The notes under the pieces are model-generated. The model was not told the DNA's origin. It saw only the letters and a program-made list of their open reading frames with translations, and ran no database searches. From assembly GCA_964106915.2 (NCBI GenBank), contig OZ066916.1: DNA of 64,000 nt. One strand, given 5' to 3'. The DNA is from Podarcis gaigeae. Taxonomy: Eukaryota. The first letter of the stretch is position 1. Every line of letters starts with the position of its first letter. This document shows, in pieces, positions 1 through 12,164 of this stretch. Made by a program: the position numbers and the translations under genes.

Positions 1-309
1 ATTTTCAATAGAAGAAGTCAGCGCTCTCCGCCGGATGGCATGCGGCTGCGCTCGGCAGGGATAGCAGAGAACTCAAAGCACCACGCTTCTCCCCGGCACC
101 CGATCCGTAGCCTTTAAAAAGGCTCCTTCACGGGTCGGGAGAGCGCTAACGGTGCCAGCCGAGTCTCCATGTCCACGGCCTCCTCTGGCCGTGGTTTTTA
201 AGGGTCCCCGCATCGCCGGTGCGGTAGGACCCAGCCCCTGCCAAGCCGGCTCCCTCCGGAGCTCGGAGGGAGCCCGCCATTCGGCGATGGCGCCGACCCG
301 GAAGTCCCC
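1..309 (-). mobile_element. Probable 5' end (5'UTR) of an L1/Tx1-like LINE running out of the window
   Basis: CpG-rich block with an abrupt boundary; minus strand starts GGGGACTTCCGGGTCGGCGCCATCGCCGAATGGCGG (ETS- and YY1-like motifs typical of L1 5' ends). Confidence 0.55.
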
Positions 310-656
310 ACTTGTTAGGGTTTTTATCTTGTTTTAAATGTATTTGTTATTGCTATTGTGTTTTTAACTGTTTTATTTATATGCAAATTGCCTTGGGATG
401 GTATTTTAGAAGGTGGTTAATAAATTAATAATGATGATAATAATAATTTATAAGGTAGCTTCCAGGATAATTCCTATGCAAACTAAATGTGCAAACAACA
501 ACAACATCCCTTGTTTTGTCCCCATAAAAAAATCCAGATTAGTGAAATTTTCTTATAAGCAAATATTTGTAGAAGTTTAAAAGTAAGACTGAAAGTTTAC
601 TTTGTTAGAGTGTTTTAATAACCACAGCTGTTCATACTCTCTTGATTTAGTGAAAA

Positions 657-1844
657 ATGGGGAATTCAGAAAGCCAGTACAGCCTTCAGGGAACAAAAAA
701 CCATACTAATTCTACACCCAGTGCCAAGCAAAAGCCCTGTTCTCTGAAAATTCGCAGCATCCATGCTAAAGATGATAAGTCCTCTTCCACGCAGGGATGG
801 AATCACAGCACCAGTGGCACAAACTACAAATCTCGAGCAATAACCAGAAGTTGCCTTTCTCATTTCAAGAATACTCAGCCTTATTCCTCTAGACTTGGTG
901 ACACAGTAGTGAAAGTTTCAAAGGGTAGCAGCCATGCCAAACATAGGACGCACAACTTGGGAAGCTACAGTCAAGGGAGCAATAATGCAGTTTTGCCTGA
1001 GAAATTGCACTACATTGACTTTGAAGCTACCAGCAACCATGTCGCTTCCAGGGAATGTAATGGGCATTTCTTAAATTGCTATGGGAAGAAAGAAAGCCCA
1101 CCATCGGATGACAGAATGAGTCCAAAAGTCCTCATTAAGACACTGGGAAAGTTGGATGGGTGTTTGAGGGTTGAATTTCACAACAGCAGCAGCAACAGCA
1201 CAGTCTCCAGAGAGGATTCCAGTGGACCAGTTCAACTCTTGCGGTACTCGCCTACTTTAGAGTCTGAAAAGAATAATGTGCTTGAAGTGAAGGAAACATG
1301 TGGCACAGACTATGTTGGAAGTCACCGTCTGTCAGCCACTGATTCAAGGCTTAGATCCAGTAAAGGGAGCTCTATTAGCTCGGAGTCTTCATGGTATGAT
1401 GCTCCGTGGGGAAATAATGGAGACATGAATGAACTGGATGGGTCATACTTGTCCAGGAGCACCCTCGATGCAAGTATCCAAGTTGAATTTCCCCAGAATG
1501 ACTGCAAGAAACCATTGAACCAAAGTTCGTCTCTCTCTTCCCTCCGTGATTTATATAGGGATTCAAATCTAAGAAGCTCCCAAACCTCTGATATTGGGCT
1601 CTCTGCAGATTATATCAATGCTCATCATGCTGGTTTAAGCAACCGTGTTTCGTTTACCTCAGCCATAGACGTTCCTTCTAAGGTAGAGCACAGGGGACCT
1701 CCGCAGTACTCTTCCTACACTCTGCCTTGCAGAAAATCTGCAACCCTTAATGAAGACGCAGCAAAAAAGGAAACACTGAAAAGCCGTATGCGCAGAATCA
1801 GTGATTGGACAGGAAGCCTGTCAAGAAAGAAGAGGAAACTACAG
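657..1844 (+). CDS. TIAM2: TIAM2 first coding exon (N-terminal region, MGNSES N-myristoylation-type start)
   Basis: Acceptor ttgatttag|651, ATG 657, donor ACAG|gtatgt at 1844/1845, 396 codons, phase 0. MGNSESQYSLQG, MSPKVLIKTLGKLDGCLRVEFHN and RRISDWTGSLSRKKRKLQ match TIAM2 as recalled. Confidence 0.96.
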
Positions 1845-1944
1845 GTATGTGGAGTTTCAGCCAAAATTTCTTTCAAAAGTACAAATGTTAGTCCCTTTCC
1901 ATTAATGTATATGACAACTTGGTTTGTTGTCAAGTCTTTTTGTT

Positions 1945-1948
<4 letters not shown>

Positions 1949-1982
<34 letters not shown>
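1949..1982. repeat. (GT)17 microsatellite
   Basis: Read directly. Confidence 0.95.
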
Positions 1983-1986
<4 letters not shown>

Positions 1987-2748
1987 GATAGCAGTTTCTT
2001 TTCAAAATAACTCAACATCTCCAATTCAGTGGTCTGAAAATACTGATGGTTGGGAAAACAGACCACTGGACTCAGACATTAAAAAAAATATATATGCAAT
2101 GTTGCTTTTCAGTTAGACATCTTCAGGGTGTAAAATAACCTTCAGACTTACAGGATATCTGCAAGATTGCTGATGTACCCATGCACAAAATTATAGCCAA
2201 CTTGAGTGTTCAGAAAAAATAAGGATTTCAGAAATGTTAAGTATTTATCCTACCCCAGTTGAGCCACTGCATTGTACCAGCTGCAGCTTCTACACAGGGT
2301 GGTGCCCACCTGCCTCCTTTCTTGGGCTGTTTCAGCAAACCTCTTGGCTAAGGTATCATGCAGGATCGTTTTGTAGCAACAGAAAGGTACAGGAGAGAGG
2401 AGGGTTGCGCGCAGGTATTGGAAGTTCATGTGCATATTCTCTTTGCATAAACTGAAACCCAACCAGCACTTTTTACATCAATGTTAGCATTTTAGAAAGC
2501 CCACATTTTAAAATCCATTAGCATTGGTGTCCAACATGGGTATGATGGGTGTAATCTATGAAGAATAAAGAGGTCCGAGATTAGTGTATGTCTTCTCCTT
2601 GGACCTCTGAATAAACATTCTGATAGCAATGACTTTTTCATGGGAAGAATGACCTTTCTAATGACAGCTGCAGCTGTGGGTGTACTGCAATGGTGTGGCT
2701 GCATGTTGGAGGTGACTCATCCTATCCAAAGCGTGACACAGTTTAATG

Positions 2749-2934
2749 CAGGGGTTGTCAACCTGGTCCCTACCGCTCACCAGTGGGTGTTTCAGGATTC
2801 TAGGTGGGCAGTAGGGGGTTCTACGGCACAAACGGAATCCTCCTTCCATCTAGCACTGGTGGGTGGTAGGGAAATTTTACCATCAAGAAAGATGCATTAG
2901 TGGGCGGTAGGTATAAAAAGTTTGACTACCCCTG
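2749..2934. mobile_element. hAT-type MITE
   Basis: TIRs CAGGGGTTGTCAACCT / CAGGGGTAGTCAAACT; 8-bp TSD GTTTAATG / GTTTAAGG. Confidence 0.85.
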
Positions 2935-3935
2935 GTTTAAGGAGTGGGCAGTGTTGCATGCCATTCAGTGCTTGTGATGTGATGATCGGAAGCACACTGT
3001 TAAGACTGATTCTATTTGTTCTGTCCTTAATTTCTTTTTAAAGTTCAAAGCAAATCCTTTAATAAAGGCTATGGAAGCATCAGTGGAGAAAACAATGTAA
3101 AACATTTGGGAGGTTCTTCTGATGACGTGTGAACAGCTGCCTTGGATAGCTCTTTCAGTACTTAATATTATTAAGTAATTGTGTTCGCTCATGACTTACT
3201 CTACACATGGACATGTTCTATTTTAAGCATTTCGGTAATAGTGTCATGCAGGGATACTCCACCCAACAGAACTGATTCTCAAATACTATTGAGGAAGATA
3301 TTTATATACAAAGATATTTATTTGGGAAGATTGTCTTAGAGCTCTGTGGGAGTTGATGGTAATTATTACCTTCTGCTATCAGGCCCTATAAACTACAGTT
3401 CTGTAATGATCTCCAGATAGACTAACATACATATAAGCAGAAGATCTAGAAAATGAGTGCTGCCAAATTAAAATCAAAATCATATGTCAAGTATTCGGCT
3501 CTGAACAGTTGAGTGCTCTGCCCATCTTATAAAAATTCCTTCACATAGTCACAGCTTGTGCAAATGGGTAACATACAACTTTGCTCTGATGGATCATTAG
3601 ACTTTCAGAAACAGCAAACAAACATAATGTTCCAAAAGTTATTGCTTAAAAAATACTTGTCCTATATATTAAAGATGAAGGTAGAATTAATGGTATATGC
3701 CAGTCTTGGAGATACAGTTAGGTACCTTCCTAAACAGGAATCTACAAATATAGTCACCACAGTTGTCATGGTGACCATGAATTTAATTCTGGCACTCAGA
3801 ATTGAGGTGTAGTCTCTAGCAAAGAGAAGCTGTGGTATTTTGCCCTTTAAAACTATAAACAAACAACTGCCAACATTTTCCCTACTCAGAGTGCAAATTT
3901 CATTGCCAAACCATCTCTGTCGCTGTGTCAATCCG

Positions 3936-3969
3936 ACTCCGCCACCCTGCCTCGGTCCTCTGATTGGCT
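3936..3969 (+). promoter_or_regulatory. GC-box-like motif plus inverted CCAAT box (candidate internal promoter)
   Basis: ACTCCGCCAC at 3936-3945; CTGATTGGCT at 3960-3969 (reverse complement AGCCAATCAG, NF-Y consensus); local CpG retention. Confidence 0.45.
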
Positions 3970-4140
3970 GAATGGGAGCTGGCAGTGTCTTTTTCAAAAT
4001 TCCCTTTTATTTATTTTTTGTACATGCCTTTTCTGATTCTCTCCGCTGCTTCTGTGTCTCAGAGTGCTTGTCTGTTCCTCGCTCATTTTTCTGGTCTTCC
4101 CCTCTTCACTTATATTCTCCACACACCCCATACACACTTT

Positions 4141-4167
4141 ATGTACAGAGAATTGCGAGAACGAAAG
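4141..4167 (+). CDS. Candidate alternative first coding exon of TIAM2 (MYRELRERK)
   Basis: ATG 4141, 9 open codons, donor AAG|gtgggt in phase 0 matching the exon at 4973; promoter motifs upstream. Confidence 0.5.
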
Positions 4168-4344
4168 GTGGGTTAAAAATGGGTGGGCTTCTATGGAAGA
4201 CTGGGCATACTTGTCTTTTGTTGCCTTAGTACTGAAATAAAATTCTGATGGGGATGCATGTATGTCCCTCAGCTCAAATGCTTGCAGAGCCTCCAGGCAC
4301 TCAAGAAGTGCCTCCACGTCGTCCTTCCTCTTTCTCTGTCCCGT

Positions 4345-4473
4345 TCCTCATAAGGCATCGTTTCCAGGCCTTTGACCATTTTGGTTGCCCTCCTCTGGAC
4401 ACGTTCCAGTTTGTCAGTGTCCTTCTTGAACTGTGGTGCCCAGAACTGGACACAGTACTCCAGGTGAGGTCTG
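4345..4473 (-). mobile_element. CR1 LINE ORF2 3' fragment
   Basis: ggtgcccagaactggacacagtactccag encodes [10 protein letters not shown] on the minus strand, a CR1 hallmark. Confidence 0.8.
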
Positions 4474-4488
4474 ATAATTATACCAATG

Positions 4489-4727
4489 CAGTCATACCTT
4501 GGTTTTTGAACAGCTTAGTTCTCTAACGCTTTGGCTCCCGAATGCTGCAAACCCAGATGTGATTGTTCCAGTTTGTGAACTGTTTTCAGAAGTCGAATGT
4601 CTGACGGGGCTTCCACAGCTTCTGGTTGGCTTCAGGAGCTTGCTGAAGTCTTGCTTTGGTTTTTAAATGTTTTGGAAGTTGAACGGACTTCCGGAATGGA
4701 TTCCGTTCAACTTCCAAGGTACGACTG
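4489..4727. mobile_element. Tc1/mariner (Tigger/pogo-like) MITE
   Basis: TIRs CAGTCATACCTTGG / CAGTCGTACCTTGG; right flank TA, left flank TG. Confidence 0.75.
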
Positions 4728-4972
4728 TAATAAACATACCTTGTTACTCCAAAAGAAAACATTGCCATTTGTCAATGCTAAAAGAAGAGGATAGATTTGT
4801 AGTCCTCAGGGCTGCTTCTGATGCCTGCTGCCATCAGACTCTGTGCCACAGACATCCCAGCAGTTGCTACTGTGCTGTAGATTTCATATAAGACCTTAGA
4901 GTCAGCAAGTGCTAATGTTTAAGGGATGGTCAGGACTCTGCTGATTTACTAACTTTACCACTTTATCCACAG

Positions 4973-5408
4973 GAAACAAAATGCAAAGATTCAGGTGAAT
5001 ACTTTGACAATGGAATTGAAAGTCTTTCTCCAGACACTCTTGCTCCCCCACATTTCTCTGGTTCTCTGTGGTCCGCTGGCTCTGGCCAGTTCTTCCCACA
5101 GAGAAGTGAGTCTGCTAATGCAATCAGCAGTGATGTCCTGAGACAGAACATTTATGAGAACTTCATGCGGGAGCTTGACCTGAGCAAGACCAACAATGAA
5201 AACACAGACACCTCCACAGGAACAGAGGACTCAAGCAGCGAGTCACTCGGCTCCTTAGAACAACTGGATCTGCTGTATGAGAAAGAACAAGGAGTGGTCC
5301 GCAAAGCTGGGTGGCTCTTCTTCAAACCTCTTGTGACCCTACAGAAAGAGAAGAAACTTGAGTTGGTTACTCGGAGAAAATGGAAACAGTACTGGATAAC
5401 ACTGAAAG
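4973..5408 (+). CDS. TIAM2: TIAM2 coding exon 2 (start of N-terminal PH domain)
   Basis: ccacag|GAAACA to AAAG|gtcagt; ETKCKDSGEYFD...RQNIYENFMREL...VVRKAGWLFFKPL...WKQYWITLKG; phase 0 to 1. Confidence 0.96.
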
Positions 5409-7370
5409 GTCAGTTATGGCTCATAGTTCTTAACTAATGTAGACTGCATTATATGGCATTATTTGACAGTGCATTTTAAATTTATTTCTATTCTGGATCT
5501 GTTCTGAAAAGCCTTTCAATTACTAGGACAGAAGTTATCAAAAGCATATTTATAATGAATGTTTTATGGTTCCCCCTTTGTTACCTTTTCGTTGAAAGAT
5601 TTCAGAAGATTTATCCCATGCGCAAGTATTCACGATTCTTGTAATTCAAATATGTTCTATCTGTTCTAGTTGCATGTGTTAATATTTCTTACTCTTTCGC
5701 TTATTCCCTGGTCTGCAATGGGTGCGTGCTGCTGCAGTTCACATTCTGAAACTTTTAGAGTAAAAGCTACCGACAGGGTTGCCCCACCATCCTTGAGTGT
5801 CCTCCCCAGAAGTATCGCCTGTCTTAATCCTCTTCTGGTTGTGTGCCCTTTCTCATTATTTTATTGTTCATTATATTTATATACCACTCTTCATCTGCAG
5901 ATCTCAGGGTGGTTCACAGCATAAAAACACAATTTGTGGAGGTAACACATGAACCACTGCACATGCATAGGCATCTTCAGTGCAAAAACATGGACATCTG
6001 GAAGTGGGGCCACAGTAATCACATGGTGCCTCCTTTATGGGATTCACATGTCAAGGGGTCTATTGTAGAATGGAAATTGAGAGGGCATTATTTAGTGTGA
6101 TTGGGAGAGATAATTAAGAACATATGTTATTATGGTACTGGTACTCTTAACTGTACACATCTGGCACTTTGATAGTCAGTGTGCTTTTTGCTGGAGTGTG
6201 AGGGTTCAGACTGCAGACATGTAGCATTAGAGCTCTGCAGCACTAATCCTCAGCCAGTGCTCACTTTTGCTCCTGCGTTTTGTGTTGATAGAACTTGCAG
6301 TACATAGCAGGCTGTCTGAGCATGAATAATCTATGTTTCCTGGACATTTCCCCAGTTTTCTTCGCTCCTCATAGTAATGTCTCTTTGTCCTTTAACTTTG
6401 CTTCCATTCAGTCTTAGTTCCATGAAGCAATACTTTGAAAAGCAATGTCTTTTTAAAGAGAAAGTGGGTCAATGATAAATCATGTTATAGTTGAATTATT
6501 GTTATAGTTGAATCATTTCCTGCTTGGGCAAGATGGCAGGTATAAACGTCCTTGCTGTTTGACTTCTAAACTGTGAGTGTTGGAATTCAAGTCTGTTATG
6601 GCGTATGACCAAACAAATAAAATTTTCTTATAATTCAAGCCTACTTAAACTTCATCCCTTCTGACCTATAAGCCTTGTTGCCTAATGCAGATGTTTGGCA
6701 GGAGACCTGATAATAGTTACTTAGCATTGAAAGAAAGTAGCTCTGTATGTGCTCAGAGCACCATGTTACCTGTTTCAAGGCTTGAATTCTGACAAATGAT
6801 TTCTCTGTGTGTTTGTAAATATTTTCTTACTGATTTTCAAAAGTACAAAAAAACCAACAAGACAGCTATATCAGTCAACATCCAGTGAAGTTGGTGTATG
6901 CAGAACAAAATAAACACCAGTGATTCCTAGGTTATGTTAATTGCTGGATACTTTGTAGGTGGATGTCAAAGACAATGGCTGAATAAATTATATGCATTGC
7001 AAAGCATGGATTAGGATTAATTAACTTGGAGAGGTGGTGATTTTCTGCATTTTTTGCAGGGCTTGTCATTCAGCACATACTACTTCAAAGAAATATTTTG
7101 TGTGTGTCTGTGTGTGTGTGTAATTTATCTCTGTGTTATTATGTTGAAGGAAGGGATGGAGTCAGAAGGGAAACCCCATTTTAACAAGATTTGCCTGTTC
7201 TAGAACACATTAGGCACACACTGTACAGTAATCACTGTCATTGTCTAAAAAGTGGAAATGCTGGTTTATTTTAACAAAGCTGCAAGAAAAAAACAAGTTT
7301 TTTTGTCAAGAAAATAGGAAGCTGCCTTATTACTAAGTATAAAATAATAGAATTGTAGAGTTCGCTTGAT

Positions 7371-8190
7371 CTGGACACTATACTTCTGGTGATGCAGCCT
7401 AGAATAACATTAGCTTTTATTTGCTGCTGCTCTCTTCTCTTTCCTCTCTCCTCTTTGGCATCACACTATTGACTCATGTTAATCTTGAGGTCTACTTAAG
7501 ACCCCAGATCCATTTCACATGTACTACTGATAATCCAGGTGTCCCCAATTTGTACAGCTGGTTCTTCCTGCCTAACTGTAGAACCTGACATTTGTTCCTA
7601 TTGAACATGAGACATGGGTGGCATTGTGGTCTAAACCACTGAGCCTCTCGTGCTTGCCAATTGGAATGTTGGCAGTTCGAACTCCCATCACTCTGTCCCA
7701 GCTTCTGCCAACCTAGCAGTTCGAAAGCATACCAGTGTAAGTAGATAAATAGGTACCGCTGTGGCAGGAAGGTAAATGACATTTCCCTGAGCTCTGGATT
7801 CTGTCACGGTGTTCCGTTGCACCAGAAGCCTGTTTAGTCCTGCTGGCCACATGATCCGGAAAGCTGTCTGTGGACAAACGCCAGCTCCCTTGGCCTGAAA
7901 GCGAGATGAGCTCCACACCCCATAGTTGCCTTTGAATAGACTTAACCATCCAGGGATACTTTACCTTTACCCTTTTTTTTTAACCTATTGAAATTTGTTT
8001 TGTTAGGTTTGGCCCAGTCCTCCAATCTGTTAAGGTCAAATTGAATCCTGATTCTGTCTCTTGTGGCATTAGCTGCTCCTCCCACTTTCGTGTTATCTGC
8101 AAATTTGACGAGCATCCCTCAGTTCCTTCATCCAAGTCATTTATAGAGACACTGAACAACAATGGGCCCAGGACAGAACCCTGTAGCATC
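7371..8190 (-). mobile_element. Degraded CR1 LINE reverse transcriptase fragment, interrupted by a Sauria SINE
   Basis: Minus-strand ORFs give QGSVLGPLLFSVSINDLDEG and FNRNKCQVLQLGRKN; frameshifted. Confidence 0.85.
7606..7983 (+). mobile_element. Sauria SINE nested in CR1
   Basis: tRNA-like head (GGTGGCATTGTGGTCTAAACC...GTTCGAA), ACCTTT tail, TSD CCTATTGAA at 7597-7605 and 7984-7992; similar to the copy at 37771. Confidence 0.88.
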
Positions 8191-8384
8191 CCTAGCTAAA
8201 TATTATTCACAGCGCCTGGCATTGACTTTCCAGGTTTTTGGGCAAGAGGTGCTTGAAGTTGAACTTGGGGCCTTCTGCAAGCAAAGCATGTACTTTTCCA
8301 CTGAGCTGGGACTTTTCCCAAATAAGTCAAAATATCTAATTAAATGTTCAATTAAAAGGTTAAACCTTTACCTCTGTTTATTTT

Positions 8385-8447
8385 AAAGTAATTATTATTT
8401 AAAGTAATATTAAAAGTAATTATTTAAAGTAATTATAATTTTAAAGT
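8385..8447. repeat. AT-rich degenerate tandem repeat (AAAGTAATTATT units)
   Basis: About five imperfect copies read directly. Confidence 0.7.
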
Positions 8448-10516
8448 CCAGAGTGCATATTGGATTTATTTTTAACAGGGCAAAGGCCCTAAAATGATAA
8501 ACCAGGCCTACTGACAGCCTATATAAAATCAAAAGAGTAAGGACTTTGGGATTTTTGTAGCAGTAGTATATACCTGACTTGCTTTCGGTAAATTCATAAG
8601 CTTCCCATCCCTGAGACTTCTCATGCTACAATTGACATCTTGGTGTGCCTCAAGACAAAGCATTATCTAAAACGTTTGTCCAGTGTCACAATTGACTTCA
8701 CTGATGTTGCCACCTGTTGCTGCTCTGGGCTTCATTATGACCTCTTCTGCTAAAACATCCTAGCTTTGTAGATGTTGTGGTAGAAATTTGCTTGCTTTCA
8801 GATCATTTAACTTGTCAGGCACTTGGAATCTAATTGGCCAGATATCAGTGAGTGTTCCTAGCTGTATAAATGGTTTTAACTTACTAAACTAAAACCACTG
8901 ATTTGTGGAGGTGGTATTATTTTCTGTGCCGTCTCTTGAGCTATGTTTAGTTTTATCAATGACAGGAAAGATTACAACCATCTGGTCACCTGCCAAAAGT
9001 GAATTGATGGGTGTCCTGAGACTTCAGCAGTGCTTAAATGGCCATCAAGATCATTCCTTTAATATGGAATGTTTTTCCTTTACCATCTGTCCACCCTAAT
9101 TAATTTATCCGGGCAAGGAATATTACATTCCAACCACGTTCTGATCGTAGCACATATGCTGTAATCTGGTCCTGGAAGCAGAGGTGGGGACAGCCTCAAG
9201 AAGGCTGTTTAGTCCCATCTGTGGGCAGAAACAGGAGCTGTCATTTTATTTCTTAATATAAAGGGGTGGTAGCTGATTAAGTCCTAGAACAGACCCACTG
9301 AAATCAATGGACTTAAATCAGTTATGACTAACTTAATTCCACCGGATTCAATGGGTCTGCTTAAGTGTGACTTAGTTGGATATCATCTATAATCTCCCAG
9401 TTCCCACATAAAATGACAACATAAAATCATGGTGATAGCTAACAAGTGTGTTTCAAGCATGTGTGCATTTTGGATAGCTTTTTAGCAATTGACATTATTT
9501 GGGATTGCTAGATTTTTAACAGGATACATTGTGTGTAAGCAACAATACAGTGGTGTCATCTGCTTTGAATTGACAACTGCTGTTTACTATCTTACACCTC
9601 AACAATAAACGCATTTACCTGGCAGCAAAATGCAATGATTTCAATGAAACTCTGGGCTGGTGGTAGACCTTTTGGTCTCAAATTTCAGCTGCACCCTGTG
9701 TGATGCAAAATCTGGTACCACCGCTTCTCACAATCCATTTTAAATCATAGCTGTCATGTCCCTGAGGCTCCATGCGACCAAACCAGTTGCAAGAACCTAA
9801 ATCTGCCTCTGTTTCCCATAGCAAATCTATTAACTCTGGATTTCATACATATGGGGGAATGGCCTTCCCCAGTATAAACTTGCCCTAACATTAAATTCAG
9901 ATGTAAAAGGCTTGCTTTCTGTAGAGAACTGATTAATAGGTATATAAATCAGTGGTGGCACCAAAATATAGAATTCCTCCTCCATATATGTTTGCCAGGC
10001 TCCTTCTTTGTATTCTTATGTGTCTCTGGAAGCCTGTTTCCTTCCAGCTTTTAATATTTCAGGATGTACCACTTTTAAGACTGTTCTATTTAACTTTAGG
10101 GATCCTTAAAGTCTGACACTCCTCTCTGTTGGCCTCCCAGAGGTGTAGTAACACATACCTCTTTTGTTTGGCCTTTGGTAGTTTGCAGCAGTCTTGAGTG
10201 CTGGATTTTTTAAAAAATATATATCCCTCTGCTAGAAAATGTGTGATAATAGCAATCACAATAGTTCACATCTTTAACTAGTGATGTGCATAAATCCGGG
10301 AACCTATTTGGGCCAAAGTTCTCAGATGTGTGTGTATAGAAGTTTGAAGATGAATATGTTGCCCATACTTGTTTGGTGTTTCCTGTAGAAAGTTGCTTCC
10401 AATTCTAGCTGCACATATGAACATTTTAATATTGTATTTTAAGAGGATATGAGTTTAGAAAGATCCAAGACATAAACCAGAACTACTTTTCGTTTTTACA
10501 TTTTTCGTTTGAAAAG

Positions 10517-10689
10517 GATGCACCTTGCTGTTTTATGAGACTTATGGGAGAAATTCCATGGAGCAGAACAGCTCGCCTCGATATGCCCTGTTTGCAGAAG
10601 ACAGTATAGTGCAGTCTTGTCCAGAACACCCCAAGAAGGAGAATGTTTTCTGTCTCAGCAACTCTTTCGGTGATGTCTACTTATTCCAG
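10517..10689 (+). CDS. TIAM2: TIAM2 coding exon 3 (PH domain)
   Basis: gaaaag|GATGCACC to CAG|gtattc; (G)CTLLFYETYG...PEHPKKENVFCLSNSFGDVYLFQ; phase 1 to 0. Confidence 0.96.
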
Positions 10690-11939
10690 GTATTCTGTTT
10701 TTGGTTTTTGTGTTTTATCATTAAATGAAGTCATATTGTATTTAAATCAGTGCTCTTGGAGTACAATTCTAGATCATGTTGTTTTGTCTCTGTTCCTTCT
10801 GTGTGCTCCAGAAATCTTAGATAAACCCTCTTCCTTTAGGAATTCTACTCACCAGACCATAAAGTAGCAAACCAGGAAGCATGCTATCTAACTATCTAAA
10901 GGTAATTAGGTAGAGGGACTTCTCTCAGATGGTTGGATGGTGCCTTGTACGCCGCCTCCTGGCAACTCCTGCAGCTGAGCTGGTGCCAAACATAATGGTC
11001 TGCTTTCCTTTGGACCACATCAGTGAGACCAAGAGGGGGGAGGCTTGTCGTCTAGGCAGTCTAGAACCTCCATACACGCTGCCTTGGATTGTGCCCCAGA
11101 GAGGTCACTTCAGTGCTCCTAAAGCATCAAATACAATGTAGGTGGCAACAGTTATGAGTTACCTGTCTCTGCTGCCACAGTGGGTGCTGTGATTCTTCAG
11201 TGGTTTGGTTTCACCCCCACAGGCACACTCAGTTGTCTCTCAAGACAGACGGATATCAGCATATAGCTAGACCAACAATTCTAATGTTTTGGATTGCATA
11301 ATGGACAGGCATACTTCTACACAGCCAAGGGCTGCTTCAAATTTGTATGCTTTTCCTTAACAGAAAACACTTTGCCTCTGTATAGGAAAAGCATATTGAT
11401 TGAAGAGGCCCATGACATTTTAGAAAGCAATTGCAAAAAATTAGGAAGGGAGTGCATTAGCTGCCATTGAATAGTTATTAAAGTCGGTGTCTTGTCTCCC
11501 CTCCCTTTGTGCTTGAAGAAAATTTGGAGTATCCTGGTTCATGCATACTTTCAAATGTAACTTTAGTTCAGTATATTTTAAAAAAATTAAACTAATAATG
11601 GGTTAGGTAATTGCCATTCCTGTAGCCAAGCATCATGTGATGAATGTCATCTTTTATACAGAGTTCTTCCTCTTTTGATAAAGAGTAAGCATTGCTAGTA
11701 ATTACAGTTGCCAGTTGTTCATGGAAACATTAGCATAGCAGAAACCTTTTATTATTTGCATTCAATGGGGAAAGTTGCATATAAGCAACATGGTGCAATG
11801 AAGTGGGGAGGGTAAGTGGATCCCACTTAGACTGGCCCCACACTGTTATTCTTGACTGAAGTTGGTTTTGGAACCCACTAGATGCTATTATAGTGTTTTG
11901 TTTATAAAGTTAATTTTCTTGCTTTTTTTCTTTTTTCAG

Positions 11940-12164
11940 GCTACAAGCCAGACTGACCTTGAAAACTGGGTTACAGCAATACACTCTGCTTCCGCATCTC
12001 TCTTTGCAAAGAAACTTGGGAAAGAAGATACGATCAGATTGCTGAAAAATCAGACCAAAAGCCTTATCCAAAAGATTGACATGGATAGTAAGATGAAAAA
12101 GATGGCTGAGCTGCAGCTCTCAATTGTTAGTGACCCTAAAAACAGGAAAGCAATTGAGAACCAG
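11940..12164 (+). CDS. TIAM2: TIAM2 coding exon 4 (end of PH, coiled coil)
   Basis: ttttcag|GCT to CAG|gtaata; ATSQTDLENWVTAIHS...DPKNRKAIENQ; 225 nt. Confidence 0.96.

Noticed and set aside
152-337. GC-rich ORF or CpG island as the main TIAM2 promoter
   Set aside because: The exon at 651 has a splice acceptor, so it is internal; the CpG block looks like a LINE 5'UTR and the ORF resembles no known protein.
1845-1988. C-terminal tail of the 443-aa ORF (VCGVSAK...CVCVCVCK)
   Set aside because: Intron read-through past the donor at 1844 into a GT microsatellite; TIAM2 homology resumes at 4973.
11790-11818. Donor-like AGG|GTAAGT with upstream ATGs (similar cases near 26934 and 61582)
   Set aside because: The ATGs are out of phase with the next exon or hit stops.
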